A stretch of DNA of 64,000 nt from Raillietiella orientalis (lineage: Eukaryota). Made by a program: the position numbers and the translations under genes. Positions 48,000 through 60,400 of this stretch are shown piece by piece. Below the pieces are notes generated by a model. The model was given only the letters and a program-made list of their open reading frames with translations, searched no databases and was not told where the DNA came from. The DNA lies in NCBI GenBank assembly GCA_036172245.1, contig JAYWIR010000002.1, forward strand, positions 496,001 through 560,000, read 5' to 3'. Each line of letters opens with the position of its first letter. The first letter of the stretch is position 1.

Positions 48000-50500
48000 A
48001 GTCGCGGCGACAGTGAAGGCAGCTCTCAGCATCCTTGCAGTCGCAAGACGCTGCGGATGACGGTGTGCTGAGAACGCTGAAGATGTCGAAACAAGGAAAA
48101 AGGGAAGAAACTGACAGGCAGCATGAGGACGGGAATGGCCTGCGTGAGCATCAGATGCTGAGAGCACAGGGTGGAGCCGTCCATCAAAAGCGAAGACGAG
48201 CCTCCGACGGAACTGCGTGGAAAAGACGAGCTCAGCTGAGATTCTTCTTTCTCCTGCGACTTTGTGCCAACCGGAGAGCCAAGAGGCCGCGCTTCCCGTT
48301 GACAGGATGCTCGTGGACTTGGCAACCTTATCATCACGCACGAGCCTCCGTGTGCAGGAGGGATTCTGAACTCTGCCGCAGCCAGCGACGGCCTTTCCCG
48401 TGAGACCCTCCCGCCGATCCGCTAGAGGAACCTCTTGCGCAATACGCACGCCGCGAGAGTCCGAAGGTTGCGCGCCTCGCATCGCTGGAGCGTTGCAAGA
48501 ACTTTCTTGCCTCCGAGAGCACCGTGCTGAGGACGCTGAGAGTGTCTCCGGACAGGGAGGTCGCTTCCTATCAGGCGCCGGGGCAGGGAAGGTCTTTTTC
48601 CAGATAATCCACGCGGATGGGATGCTTTGCGCATGTGCCACCGCCACCGCGGATCCCAGCCCTGCCGGCGGTGACTCGCATTTGGGCAGCAGGCAAGAAC
48701 CGCTCTGCAGCTGCCTCCACATCACAGGACTTGATCTTCCCCGGCTTCTTCCTTGCGCATTCAGCGCGTCATCCACCCAAGTGAATTCCTTGTCTCTGCT
48801 GCGGTGCCACCACGCCTTCCTTGATATCACGGCGGTCCCTTGTCGTAGCCTCCTGTCGGACATTAAGGGCCACTTGACCCTACTTCACTCGAGGACCTCG
48901 TGAAAGTTCGCACACCCCTAGGAAGCGAAAGAACCTCCAATCTCAGGGCGGGCAGCTCGGACGGCCTTCGACTTTCGCTTTTCCTCTTGCGTGGAATCGA
49001 AGCTTCTGGATCCGCGTATGCCCCGCCTCCTTCCCGAGTTCCAGATCCAGGACGAGGTAAAACTTTCGCCCGGGGGCGACAGGGATGCCTTGCTCACCGC
49101 GCCAGGGGTAAAGAGAGAGGAATGAGGACAGCGGTGCTCGGCCCTCGCGCACGCGCAGAGCAGACGGCAAACCGGAACCTCCTTCGTCAGGCCGCTCGCT
49201 GCCTCCTTCCCCCTCGCCAAAAGGAGTCGGCATTCCGCAAGTCTGCTGCGCAGGCGCGCACGCCTGGACTGACCGACAGGAGCAGGACGAGCTCGGGTTT
49301 CCTGCTCCCCTCCAACGGAAGAGCTCGCCGTTCCGGAAAGATGCGAGCGACCATCCGCTGATCCACCGATACTGAAGGGATGATCTGGTCCTTCTTTCTG
49401 GTCTGGGCAGGGAGGACCAGAGCATCCCTTCAGTATCGGTGGATCAGTGGATGGACCTCCCTTTTCAGAGAGCTTTCCTAACTTTTCCAGTCTTTACCAG
49501 AGGAAGCAGTCCGAGCAGCGGAACGCGCTCAAGATGGCAATGCGGAACGCCGAGCCACGCCGTCATTCTGGCAGCGGGAATGCGGAGACGCGTTCGCGCA
49601 TCCTGTAGAATGCATCCCGCTTCACTGGTCGTGAAGGCGTTCACGGTCGCAGCCTCCGGAATGCCCGTGTCCAGCGTGGCTTCCTGCAATGCCCGCGGCG
49701 TGCCAAGTTTCTCTTCTTCCCTCTCCCCAGTAGCCTCCCCTCATCCGACGCGGGTGGACCCGAGAAGCATCGCTGCGCGATCCGACAGGCGCCGGTTTGG
49801 AGGGCGAGGGGGGATCGGAGGGATTATGCGCTGCCGAGAAGGTGCAGTGGATACTGGAGAGGTTGCGGAGAGAGTCCGCGAGGCGCTGCCGTCTTGTTGG
49901 GAGGCCCGACGCTCACGCTCGTCTTGCTCCGGCCAGCTTCCAGCATCCACCGGCGGGCCGAAGCCCTCGAGGTGTCGGCTTCCGATGGGAAGCGCCACCA
50001 GGAGCGTCCATGAAGGGAAGAGCGCAGGCTCTCCCTCCCCTTTTCGCGGAGAGAAGACTGCGGAGTCCACTCCTGGTTCCCTGAGCAGAGCTGCGGCGGG
50101 AGCCGAAGGTACCTCGCCCGGACGGAACTCAGGCGGGCAGGAGGATGGGCTGAGCACCACCAAATCAATGGAAGCCTTCTTCGGTTCGGGAGCTCCACCC
50201 CACCCCTCGCGGGGAGGGCGTCACCTCGCGGAGGCGGCAGCTGTTCTGCGGGGCAGGCGAGGCTCTCAGGGTCGCCACCACGCGCGCACAGCCCTTCTAA
50301 CGGGCAGAATGATCACCGGTCATCCCCGCCAGGACTCACGCCACTCTCTTTCCTGGGGCTGCTCTCATACCACCGTTCCTCCCCCATCCACCAGCTGTAC
50401 CCCGTCCTCGTTCTCCCCTTTTCTATTCTCTCTTGCGAAGACCTGCTTCCAGCTGACACGGAAGACAGCAGGAGATCCCCTGTGGATGAGCTTCCCTTGG
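48000..50500 (-). mobile_element. Tx1-like element 5' half: ORF1 zinc knuckles plus APE endonuclease
   Basis: GLCARGGDPESLACPQNSCRL (~50290-50230; degenerate CCHC pair), ALQEATL (~49690; cf. LQET), KAWWHRSRDKEFTW (ORF 47982..48863; cf. DxWR..FTW) and SAWIIWK. Confidence 0.55.
49352..49453. mobile_element. 102-bp hairpin element (MITE-like) with candidate 3-bp target-site duplication
   Basis: The left arm catccgctgatccaccgatactgaagggatgatctggtcc and the reverse complement of the right arm differ at 2 of 40 positions; GAC flanks both sides (49349-49351 and 49454-49456). Confidence 0.7.
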
Positions 50501-51299
50501 GCTCTCGCGACCAGGAAAGCAAAGAAAAAGACGGGCTGAACACTCTTCGGATGCCTTTCGTAAAGGCCCTGAGGAAGAGGAAGGGAAAGGATGAAACTTG
50601 GGCACAGGAGATGCTATTACTCGAGAACCTGGTTGTTGCTTGGTTACGCTCTTCCCCTTCCTTTTGTTGAGACAGAAATGGCTGGAGGAAGCGTCTGACG
50701 TTCCCTGCGTCTTCCCTTCCTCCTTTGCAATCCTGCGCACCGACCACCTTCATTCAATGCGCCCCTCTCCTTCCTCTTCTCCCAGTTAGCCGAGGAGGCG
50801 CCCATCCATTTGCGGGAACAGCGCCATCTCCTGCAAGTGCGGATCCGAAGACCGCACTGCTGAGGATGTGTTCCTCTCCCACACCCTCCCTCTTGTTCCT
50901 GCCGCCCGTCCGGGGAGGAGCGCTCCTCGAGCGCCTCGTTTTGCTCTCCTGCTGCTTCCTTGGGAGAGACCAGCAACCATGCTCTCCCCTTCGCTTACTC
51001 CCCCTTCCTTATCCTCTTCCTTCCCGAATCTCTGTCACTCCGGTCGTCGCAGGCGATTGTTCTGCTCTCGCGGCCGGGCCGCAGAGCCGCCTCGAGAACT
51101 GCTCCCCGCCCCCGCGTTCCGCCAGATGGGTTCCGCGGTCCTTTCCTGCTTCTCGACTTCCGGGAAATATTCCTCCGCCTTCCCCGCGGGTCCCTCCGCG
51201 GGAAAGGGAGGTAAGGGGAGACTGAGTGGCTTGTTTTGATGAAGATTCGTTATAGCTCTTCAGGGTCCTCGCTTCTCAGAGAGCTGCAAGCCCTAGTCA

Positions 51300-51480
51300 C
51301 GTAACGCAGAGGGAACGCTCAGATAGCTCCCTTTGTCCAAAGCTTTGTGCCCCATCACTCCGGGACAGTAGGTCTCTTCCCATTTCTCTGAAAGCACCCC
51401 TCCACGTTTTCTGGCACCGGATGACCGGATCGTGGAGACGAAAATCCCTCGGTAGGCGACGCCGTCGTGCCCTCTGAAGC
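51300..51480 (-). mobile_element. Possible Ty3/Gypsy integrase N-terminal scrap
   Basis: DGVAYRG..VLSEKWEETYCPG..KAL resembles DGxLYRG..VLxELHxxHxG. Confidence 0.25.
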
Positions 51481-53459
51481 GCCTCTCTCTTGCCCATCGC
51501 CCAACTCTAGTCCTGGGAAGGGGTTTGGTCTCTCCGAAAACTGGAGGTCGGCAGATTGGCAGGGAGGTGCTGTAGGGAAAAGGAGAGTCTCCCTCGCTCC
51601 GCTCGGCAGGTCCTCGTGGGGGCGGTAGCGCGACCGTTCGAAGCCCGCCTGAGAGGGCGCTCTTGACGGAAGCAGGGAGGGCGAACTCCGAGCCGCAAGG
51701 CGGTGACCCGCAGCCCTTCTCCTCCTGAGCGCACGGTGATGCCGTGAGCGGGCCGTTAGGTTTCCAAGGACACGGCCGGCGGCGGCGATCCCTCTGCCTC
51801 CGAGGGCAAGGAACCGCCGACCGCCCCTGTTCTTGAGTCCCTCTGCCTGAGAGATGGCTCCTTCCGTCCCCCTTTATCCGGGGAAGGGAGGAGGAAGGGG
51901 GGGAGGCAATCTCCTCCGCGCGAGTCCCCGCCTTCCATTCTCGGAGCTCAGCGTCGGAAACCCTTAAACCGGAAGGTCTTCCTGCTCCTTCATCTACATC
52001 TAGAGGGAGCCTTCCCGGATGTCTGGGCGGGACCACGTGCTCATGTACCTGCGGCGCTAAAAATCTCGGAGGCTCGAAGGAAGGAGATGATGCAAGGAAC
52101 AACCGGCCTCTCCGGTTGGTGTGGGTGCTTCTTCCGCCGCTCGCGGTCGGACACCGCAATGGTAACCGAGGCGGTTCCCTCACCTGCACGTCTCGTGCCC
52201 CGAGGGGGACACATCGCGAGCAAACCGGACTCTCTCCCCTCCTCCCACCCCACTCCACGCTCTCTCGCCGGTCCTTGCCTCGCGTGAGAGGGAGTAGGAC
52301 GCGCGTTCGCCCTGGAGCGAAGAGAAGGCACTATAGGGCGCACCGGGAAGAGGAGAGAGAAGTTTCCCTTCTTACGTGATTCTCGATGCTCGCAGCGCCC
52401 TCTGCGGGCCGGATGGGCGCGCGCGGACGGTGTTGAAGAAGAGAAGGAGAGAAAGAAGTGAGGCAGGGGTGCGTCGCGGAGGCCAAGCTGACCATCCCAT
52501 TCATTCAAATCGCTGATTGGAGCATATTCATGTGCGTGCTTGCGTGTGTGTGTGTGGGGAGGGGGTTCTGAAGAAGGGGAGGGGGAGGGGAGTGGAAAGA
52601 GGGAAGAGCCTTCGCCCACTCATCCCGAGAAAAAGACAAAAAAAAGAAAGGGGAGCCCTCCGAGCCCCCGCGAATTGGTTGGGACGCACTCGCGGGAGGG
52701 CGGGGCGACGTGCTCGACCCGCAGGGGCATTGGCGGCGGCCGTTGTGGGAACGGACGGGCGCTCCCGCGACGCCCCCTCGAGGGGGCTAATTGATTTCGA
52801 GGACCACCGTCGCCGCGCGCGGGGGAAGCCACGCGTTTTCCCTAGTCCTTCGCTCTTCCCCTACTCCCTCATGCGCCAATGTTCCTTCCCCTCCTCCCTC
52901 CCGGACCCACGTCCTGCTTCCGCTCTTCCCTTTCGCACACTCCGTTCCCATCTCGGGAGGAAGGGAAGCCGTCTAGAGGAGGTGTGTGCGGTCTACCCCT
53001 CGGGGGAAGGGGGGAGGTCACTGTCCTCGGCCAGCAGCCGCATCATTGCAGCTGCCGTCTCCACTCCCCCCGAGGGCTCGTTACCTTCCATGAGTCGGGA
53101 TTTCTCCTCCCGGGAATGCATGTGCTTCACGCTCGGTCGCTCTTTTCCTCCTCTCTCCCCCTCCTCTCGCGAGAAGACGGGAAAAGGGAGGCAACGGGGC
53201 CACGAAGGAGAGGGGAAGGAGAAGGGGACGGCTGCTGCCGTCCACCCCCTGCATCAGGAGAACGCGGGGAGCCGGAAGAAAATTGCCAGGATGGTCGAAG
53301 GGTCGAGTGGCAGGCGGGAGAGGTGGGGGGCAGCGATGGGATGGAGAACGTGGGGCTGAAGATGCATACCTGGAAGGAGTGCCGGTCCCACGCTTTCCAC
53401 GAGGGATGCTGCTGGTGAGGGGCAACGGAAGGAGTGCAGGCCATCCTCCGCGGTTACCC

Positions 53460-53790
53460 AGGAGAAGAAAGGGGTCAAGGTGAGGGCAGACTGCCGACAG
53501 AGGCTCGTGACTTTCTTGTTGGACTGGGACCGTCCAGAAAGGGAGAACTGGATGACCATCTTGCAACCCTCCTTTCTTAGAAGGGATCCCTCGAGTCTTC
53601 CCTCCTCGGCACCGGCAGAGTTCTCTCCTCATGGGATGCACTCGGCAAGAGAAGGGGAGGAAGAAGAAAGATGGATCAAGGAACAGTGGCGGTACGTCCA
53701 TTATCCTGGAGCGGGACAGTTGGACATATGCCCAGTTCGAACTCAGTCGGAGGTCCCACTTAAATCCTTCCGGTACTCAGAGTCAGGTGC
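53460..53790 (+). mobile_element. BEL/Pao LTR retrotransposon RT-RNase H region relic
   Basis: VKVRADCRQRLVTFLLDWDRP..W, PHGMHSA, YVHY and RTQSEVPLKS parallel the Pao consensus K..Q.LW...LDWD.P..W, LHGFSDAS, Y and KxRVAPLK. Confidence 0.5.
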
Positions 53791-53807
53791 GTAAGGACGG
53801 GGAATGG

Positions 53808-54010
53808 GTAAAGAGGAGGAGTAAAAAGAACCTAAGAAAGGAGTGGAAGAGGAGGAAAAGGAGGGAAAGAAGGAAGATGAGGAAGAGATGGAAGAAGAAA
53901 AAGAGCAGAAAGAATGGAAAGGGAATAAAATTAAAAGGAAGAGGAGGAAGAAAAGGTGGTGGTGGTGGTAGATGAGGAAGGGGAAAGGGAAGAGTAGGAG
54001 GGGAAGGTCG
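53808..54010. repeat. Polypurine (G/A) low-complexity tract
   Basis: About 200 nt almost entirely G and A on the plus strand. Confidence 0.8.
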
Positions 54011-55214
54011 AGTGCAGTATCAATGGCAAGTTTCTAAAGACCAGAAAGGAGGAGGGGAAGGATGGCGCACATCGGAGCCCACCTTGACTCCTTCCTCTCT
54101 GCGTTCTTTCGGGAGCGTTCCAAAAGTACGTGGTATGGAGGCAAGAAGGGACGGGGTTAAAAGGGAATGAAGGGGGAAGCAGAGTTCTCTCTAGCCGCGC
54201 AGAGCCCACATCGGCATCCTTTGGCCCCCCCTGTCTCACTCGCTTTGCCTTCAGTTTGGGCGGCTTCTCTTTTTCCTTCCTTGCTCCTCCTCCTTCTCCT
54301 CCTTCTCATCTCCCCCCTCTGCACACGCGGAGCCGACGATGGACGGTGCCGCCGGTCACGTCTGTTTGTTCAGCGACGTCAGGTGTGCCCTCCCTCTCTC
54401 CCAGAGTGTAGCGACGAAACCAACAAAAGGAAAACGAGGTGGTGGTGGCGGCGGCGGAGAGGAGGAGGAAAAAGAGAGAAGAGAGAAGAGGCTGACGGAG
54501 GAAAAAGAGGGAGGGAAGCAGCAGAAAGACGCCCGGAGAGAGTCTGCGCCCTCCTCTCAAAAGCGCACCGTCATCTCCGCCCGCCCGCACCCGCTGCGGA
54601 TGAGCGAGGCAGAGGAGGAGGACCGAGTGTCGGGTTGCCTAGGCGACCGACCGAAAAGATCAGAGCAGAGAAGAGAAAGAACACACCCGCTCCTCTTCCT
54701 GTTCCGTCTTCTCACAACTTCTCCTCCCTCTCCCCCCCCCCTTACTCTTCAGCACCAGTCGCTGCCGCCTCCTCCTCCGTGTTGCTGATAGAACGGATGG
54801 CAAGCTCGAAATCCGGGAGCGGACAGAGAGTGCTCTCGAGGGTATTCCTGGACGGCAGGGCGGCGGACGGGAAAGAAGGAAGAAAGGAAAAGTCGCACAC
54901 CTCCTTCTCTCGGCTGTCTACGCTTGCGCAGAAGCTCGATGCACGGGGGAGGGGACCTTCACAGGCGCGCGCGCAGCAGCTGGCCCTTTCGGCTTGGCAT
55001 CGCCTTTTCGCGCGCCGAGCTGAGCGGAGGCCCGCGGCGAAAGCAGAGGCAATCCCGACCGGAATGGAGGAGAGGGAGAGCGGAGAGGAGGAGCAACAGG
55101 CAAGGCACAGGCAACGCTGGAATTCCGGAGCGGAACGCGTGGAGTCAAATGGGTCGCCTGAAGCGAGCAGCACAGCTGAAGAGGAAGGAGATAAAGGGGT
55201 GAGACGGTGGCAGT

Positions 55215-55330
55215 CGTAGCATCCCGAAGCGGGCATTTCCGGATACACAGCGTCCCAGAAGGTACCTAATACACGCAGCACGTCTGGTCCTCTGTGCCCA
55301 CTTCCCATCGGGTTTACCTCCCCAACCCGG
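55215..55330 (-). mobile_element. Possible BEL/Pao RT scrap
   Basis: LRVLGTFWDA resembles KVLGLxWD. Confidence 0.25.
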
Positions 55331-56807
55331 GGTCGAGTCCACCCTTTTCGGACGAGGACGTGGGAAAATGGAGAGACTTCCGCCATTCTCCCATGCCAAT
55401 CCCTTTCCTCCTCTTCCTCTTCTTCCTTATCCTCCTTCTCACCCGTTCCTCACCCTTCTGCACCTGACTTCACTTTCTTCGCCCAGGGCGCTCTTTTCTC
55501 ACTCCATCGGTTCTCTTGAGCAGAAAACTCGAGCAACGCCTCCAGGTGCTCCTCCCCTACTCGACAGCTGTCTTGAAGAAGGGAGAGAGGGGTAATTCAG
55601 AGGGGAATGGGGGAACAGGAGAGCTGCGACCGCCTCAGTTTATGGGCCACGACTCCTTCCTGGAGTCATCCCGGAAGGGACTCTGAGCTTCTGCGACTGG
55701 CGAGCGGACGCGCCGAGCCGCGACCTTCGACGTAGCTCCGCCGCGTCGGGCAGGTGGGCGGTGCCCCGAATAGGGGAGGCCGGAGGCGCAATGAGAGCGT
55801 GCATTGCGCGTCCTGTGGCAGGAGGGTGAGAAGGAAGGGTGGAAAACCAGAAACTGCTCCTGGAAGAGCAGAGAGAAGGGGTGGGAGCGGGGATGCAGTG
55901 CCCAGTTCGCGGTCTCCGACGGGTCTGCTCATTTTTCTCTCGTCAGCACTAGCGGCGGCAACGGACAGGTGACCCGGAGCACGTGACCCAGTCCTCGTGC
56001 AACGCCCACGACACGGAGACTCCTGGCGTCGCCCAGGGCAACGCCGCCCGCGTGCCGCCGAAGATGGAACCTCTCCAGACTGTCCGGAGGTGGCAAAAAA
56101 ACGGAAGAGGAAAAAGGCGGCGAAGTCGCCTCGGCGTCCGCGCAGAGACGGATGACAAGTGCGTGCGTGCGAGAGAGTGGGAGGGGAAAGGGTGGGGTGG
56201 GAGTGGAATGGGTCCGATCGCATCGTAGTCCCCCGTCCGGGAAGGCGGGTGTGTGCAAGAGGAAAAGTAGGAAAAGGGGCACAGGGCGCGCACCACGAAG
56301 CACTTCGTCGCGCGGTTCGTCCCCTTCGGTCCGTTCTTCCTCCTCCTCCTCGCACCCCCATCACCTTTTTTTGTGCGTATGTGTGTTTTGTGCGTGCGTG
56401 TGTTACGCTCCTTCCGCCGCATCCTCTCGTCTGCGACCGGACGCTCGTAAGACGCCCGCCCGTGTTTACATTTGTCTGGCCCCTCTGCCGGATAGGCGCT
56501 CTCTCGAGAGCACGGAGGGAGGGGCAGAGGAGATGAGAAAGGGAGGGAGGGAGGGAGGGAGAGGGGGAGGATGGAAGGAAGGAAGGAAGAAGGGGGAGGG
56601 GGGGCGACGGAGCAGCACGCGCGCGGCGCGGTCGGCGAGGCGTCGCGCGCGTTAACGGGAAAAACCTGCCTGCGCCGAGAGTTTCGCCTCGTCCCCTGCG
56701 CGCGCGAACGTGAACTCCGGCTTGCCTGATTGCGTTTTCGCCCACCAGCTGGGCAGACGGGAGCAACTTTCACGCGCCAGCGGGAATTCCGCCGGGAGCT
56801 CCGCCTG

Positions 56808-56876
56808 ATGTGCGTGCATGCGTGTGCGTGCGCGCGCACGCGCACATACCTATGCGTGTGTGTGTATGTGTGTGTG
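56808..56876. repeat. Alternating purine-pyrimidine (TG/CG/CA) tract
   Basis: Directly visible. Confidence 0.8.
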
Positions 56877-57169
56877 TTATTTTTGCCTTTTGCCGCTAGG
56901 ATGCGGTCCATCACGGATGATTTGAGGCGGCGTCGCAGATGGAAGCGCTCAGGTTGGTCAGCAGAACCGGAACGCGCGCGGCATCTCCCCCTCTTCCGCC
57001 GGCTTTCCCTTAGGGGACGGGCGTCTGCGGTCGAAGGGCAGCGTCTGCGAGGGACGGAGCACGCGGAAGAGGAAGAAACGAGACTGCACTTCCTCAGCTG
57101 TCTTCCCGTAGGGAGGGCGCACTGCCCCCGGGGCACTTGCAACCCCCTTCCCTCCTCGACTCCTTCGAA

Positions 57170-57400
57170 GACGAGAGAGGGAAAGAGAGTCTGATGGTCG
57201 TAAGGGGGCCAGTCGTCCCCGGGAGCGGAGTGCCGGCTCCTCCGCCCGGGCCACAGGATTTCCATGAGGACCAAGGAGGAACGGAAGTATTGGATGGCAT
57301 GCGGGAACATGGAGGCCGGCGGCGCATTCCTCTCGTTCTCACTCCCAGAAGCGCGCCAGCTTTCGGGGATCTTCTCGTAGGGAGACGTCCGCAGATTCTC
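57170..57400 (-). mobile_element. Ty3/Gypsy RNase H relic
   Basis: SWRASGSENERNA..HAIQYFRSSL..YDHQTL parallels SRxLxxxERNY..AIxHFRxYL..TDHxPL. Confidence 0.45.
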
Positions 57401-60400
57401 GGTTGCTCGAGAACAGCAGCCGCAGAACGTGGCGAGGGAGCTTTCTGCTTCTTCCGGACGAGGACAGTGGTAGGAGGCTGTACCCCAAGATGGAGGAGAG
57501 GAAGAGGAGGAGGAAGGGGAGTGAACCATTTCCGCGCGCAACCTCCTTCGGGATCAGCGACATTCTTTTACTCCCCCTGTCGGCACGCGAGGGAAGAGAC
57601 CGAACCCTCCATCGCGTTCAGGTGACCCAGGACAGCAGGGAAGGACAGCAACAAAGCTCTCCGCCAGAAGCGGCTGCAAAGACCCCTCGTCTCTTCTTCG
57701 CGCGGGAATTTTTTTTGCTCTCTGCTCTCCGCGGAGAGGAGGAGGAAGAAAGTAATCATGGGTCTTCTCCTCCTTCCTCTCTCTTGAGATTTCTCGCGGC
57801 CCTCCTCGATCCCCTGAGAGTGGGAAGGAGGTCCCACCTTTCTCGTTTCCCCTCAAGCTGCCTGTCTGGAAGGGAGCGGAAGGGGGGAAAAAGAGGTAAG
57901 GAAGGAGTAGTCCGTCCAGGAACAATGCGATCGCTTGCGCGTGCGCACGAGTGCGTCTCCGCTGCTTTCTCTTCGTCTCCTCCAGGCGCAACGTGCCCGA
58001 AAGACTGGAAAGAAGACGAGGATGAAGAAGACGAAGAAGAAGAAGAGCGAGAGTAGCCGCTGAATGCCAAGAGCGAAGAATGCGCAACCTCATGCAGGTT
58101 GACAGAGACATAAGGCCGGACAAAGGATCTCCAGGGATAGCTATCAAAACACCGCCTCCCCTCCCCTCAACCCCCCCTCCCCCCACGGAAACGGCCCTCT
58201 CGAGCATTCGTGTCCCGGCTCGCGTCTCCTAGATTAATGGTGAGCACGCACACGGGGGAGGAGCGTCCTTAATGGCATCTTCTTTGTCGACAAGGAGACG
58301 GAAAGCCCTCGCCACCAGCATGCGAGAGCGCTTCGGACTTCTTGGCAGACACCATTTTAATGGGATTTTTTGGTGACCCGGTGGTGGGGCAGAGGAGCGC
58401 GTTCTTTTCTTTCGCCTCTCTTCTGTCGCTTCTGATTAATGAATTCCTGGACAAGGCACGCGGAGGAGGAAGAGGAGGAGAATGAAGGAAGGAGGAGAGG
58501 GAAGAGAGAAAGGAGGAGGAGTAAGGGTTTAAGTTTGCTTCCATCCGAGCAGGACAGCGAAGGGAAGAACATCCCCGGCTCCTCTCCCTACCCTCCACTC
58601 TCACCGAATCCGCCGTACGTGAGTGAGAAGGAAGGAGGAAGAGGAGGAGACAAGACGGCTAAACAGGGGATGCCAGCAGCGGTAGCGCAAGGACTGGGAG
58701 GAATCATCCGCTCTGGCGGCACCAACAACGCACAAGACAACACAGCTCAAAGAGCGAGAGTGGGGGGTCCACGCACTGGAGGAAGGGAACCTCAGAACAT
58801 CCTTTTCCCACCCATCTTCCTTTCCCACCTCCGATGTTCTTTCCCTTGCCGAGATGGGGGGTCAGTGCGGGAAATTGGTAAGGTGCGCGTGTGTTCTCCC
58901 GGCTTGAGGGGCGCGCACGTTCTCCCCTGGGCTGGCCGGGCAAAGGCGGGAGAGACCGGAAAAAGGAGGCGGAGGTAGGAGGAAGAGAGGAGGAAGGGCG
59001 AAGGGCGAAGAAGGTGAACGAGAGAAGGAGCAGCTCTGAGGTTCGCTGAGCTGCCGGCCTCAGCTTGGATGCCTCCACAGCTACCGAGGCGCAAAGAAGC
59101 AGAACGGGCGGGCGGTTGCCGCGTTTTCCTACCCTCCGAGCACGCCAGTGGGGGAGTTTCAGCGAACTTCCCAGCTTCCCCCTCCTTCACCTCCTTGCTT
59201 GTGTTTATCTTGCGCGGATCTCAGATGAGAACTACTGATCGCGGAGGCAGGAAAAAAAAAAAAAAAACTCCTGCCTCTCTCCTCTGCGCCCATCACAAAA
59301 GGCCAGCCGCCGCCAACACACCATCCTCAGCTCCCCCTCCCTCACTGCTGGAAGAGAAGCACCGCGCGCGCTCGAGCATTTCGCTTCTTTCTTTCTCTTT
59401 CCTTTTTTTTTTCTTAGAGTGCGCTCGGTCTTGTGGGAACGGAAATCTGCGGCCATCCTGTGGATCTGCCGCAGAGGAGAGCGGAGAGCCCTCGGCTGCC
59501 TCTTCCTTCGGATGGAGCTGGCGAAAATTCCCGAGAGAAAAGAGAACGCGAGGAAGAAAACGCGCGGAACCAGTCGCTACCGACAGGTGGAGCAGAAAGC
59601 GAAGTGCTCGCGCGGCGGTCTGCGAAAGATGCTAAGCCGAGATGTTATCTCGTTTCCGAAGGATGCCCCGCGAGAGCCTCTTTGGCGGCGATGGAGTCTC
59701 CATCTGACTGAAAGGAGAAAATAAGGCTTTCCGTCCTATTCTTCCTGTGCTCCGTCATTCCGGTCTCGGAGGGCGACAGCGAGCTCTTCCGAGAGCCAGC
59801 GACCGACGGGACACTCCGCCGAGACGGAGAGAGACGTCGAGCCTCGCTCCCTACCTCCTGCGGCAGCAGCAGCAGCAGAAGGAGAAAGCGGCTTTCCTCC
59901 AGATGAAAGAGGAGGGCTCCGTGGGAAGAAGAGGAGCGAAAAATCCACCGTCTTTCCGACGCATCGAATGTTGTCGCCTCCTTGTCCTTCTATCCTGGCC
60001 ACACACCTGAAGAAAGGAGTCGGACGCGGAAGCAAAGCGGTAGGGCCTGCTATTGCTTCTGCAGCGCTCGGACAAAGATCCCTTCCTCTCTACGGCGCCG
60101 AACTATCAAGAGGCGCCGGTGCTCTGTGCTCGAAGAGCAGGAGAACCAAACAGGGTGACCCGGCTGGAAGAGCAAAGCGAGAGGAGCGCTCCTGCCGCTC
60201 CTCTGAAGAGCCGGCGCTTTTCTTCTTCTCTCCTGCCTGAACTGCAGGCTTGTAAGGAGGCAACCCAGGGCGTCGCGCAGGTTCGAGTCTTCCGCGCGAC
60301 TGCTCGAACGGAACGCCAGCGGTGCGCGCCGCGCATGGCGTGCGCAGGGGCGTGCTCGAGCGTTTCTCGGTCCTATAATGCCGCCTCCACCCGCTTCCAC

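Noticed and set aside
44554..59635. Many 250-530-aa ORFs in the GC-rich upstream region (for example 46378..47514, 54167..55219, 55949..57541)
   Set aside because: R/P/S/G-rich translations running through microsatellites, as expected from stop-codon scarcity; only small TE-derived motifs are recognisable.
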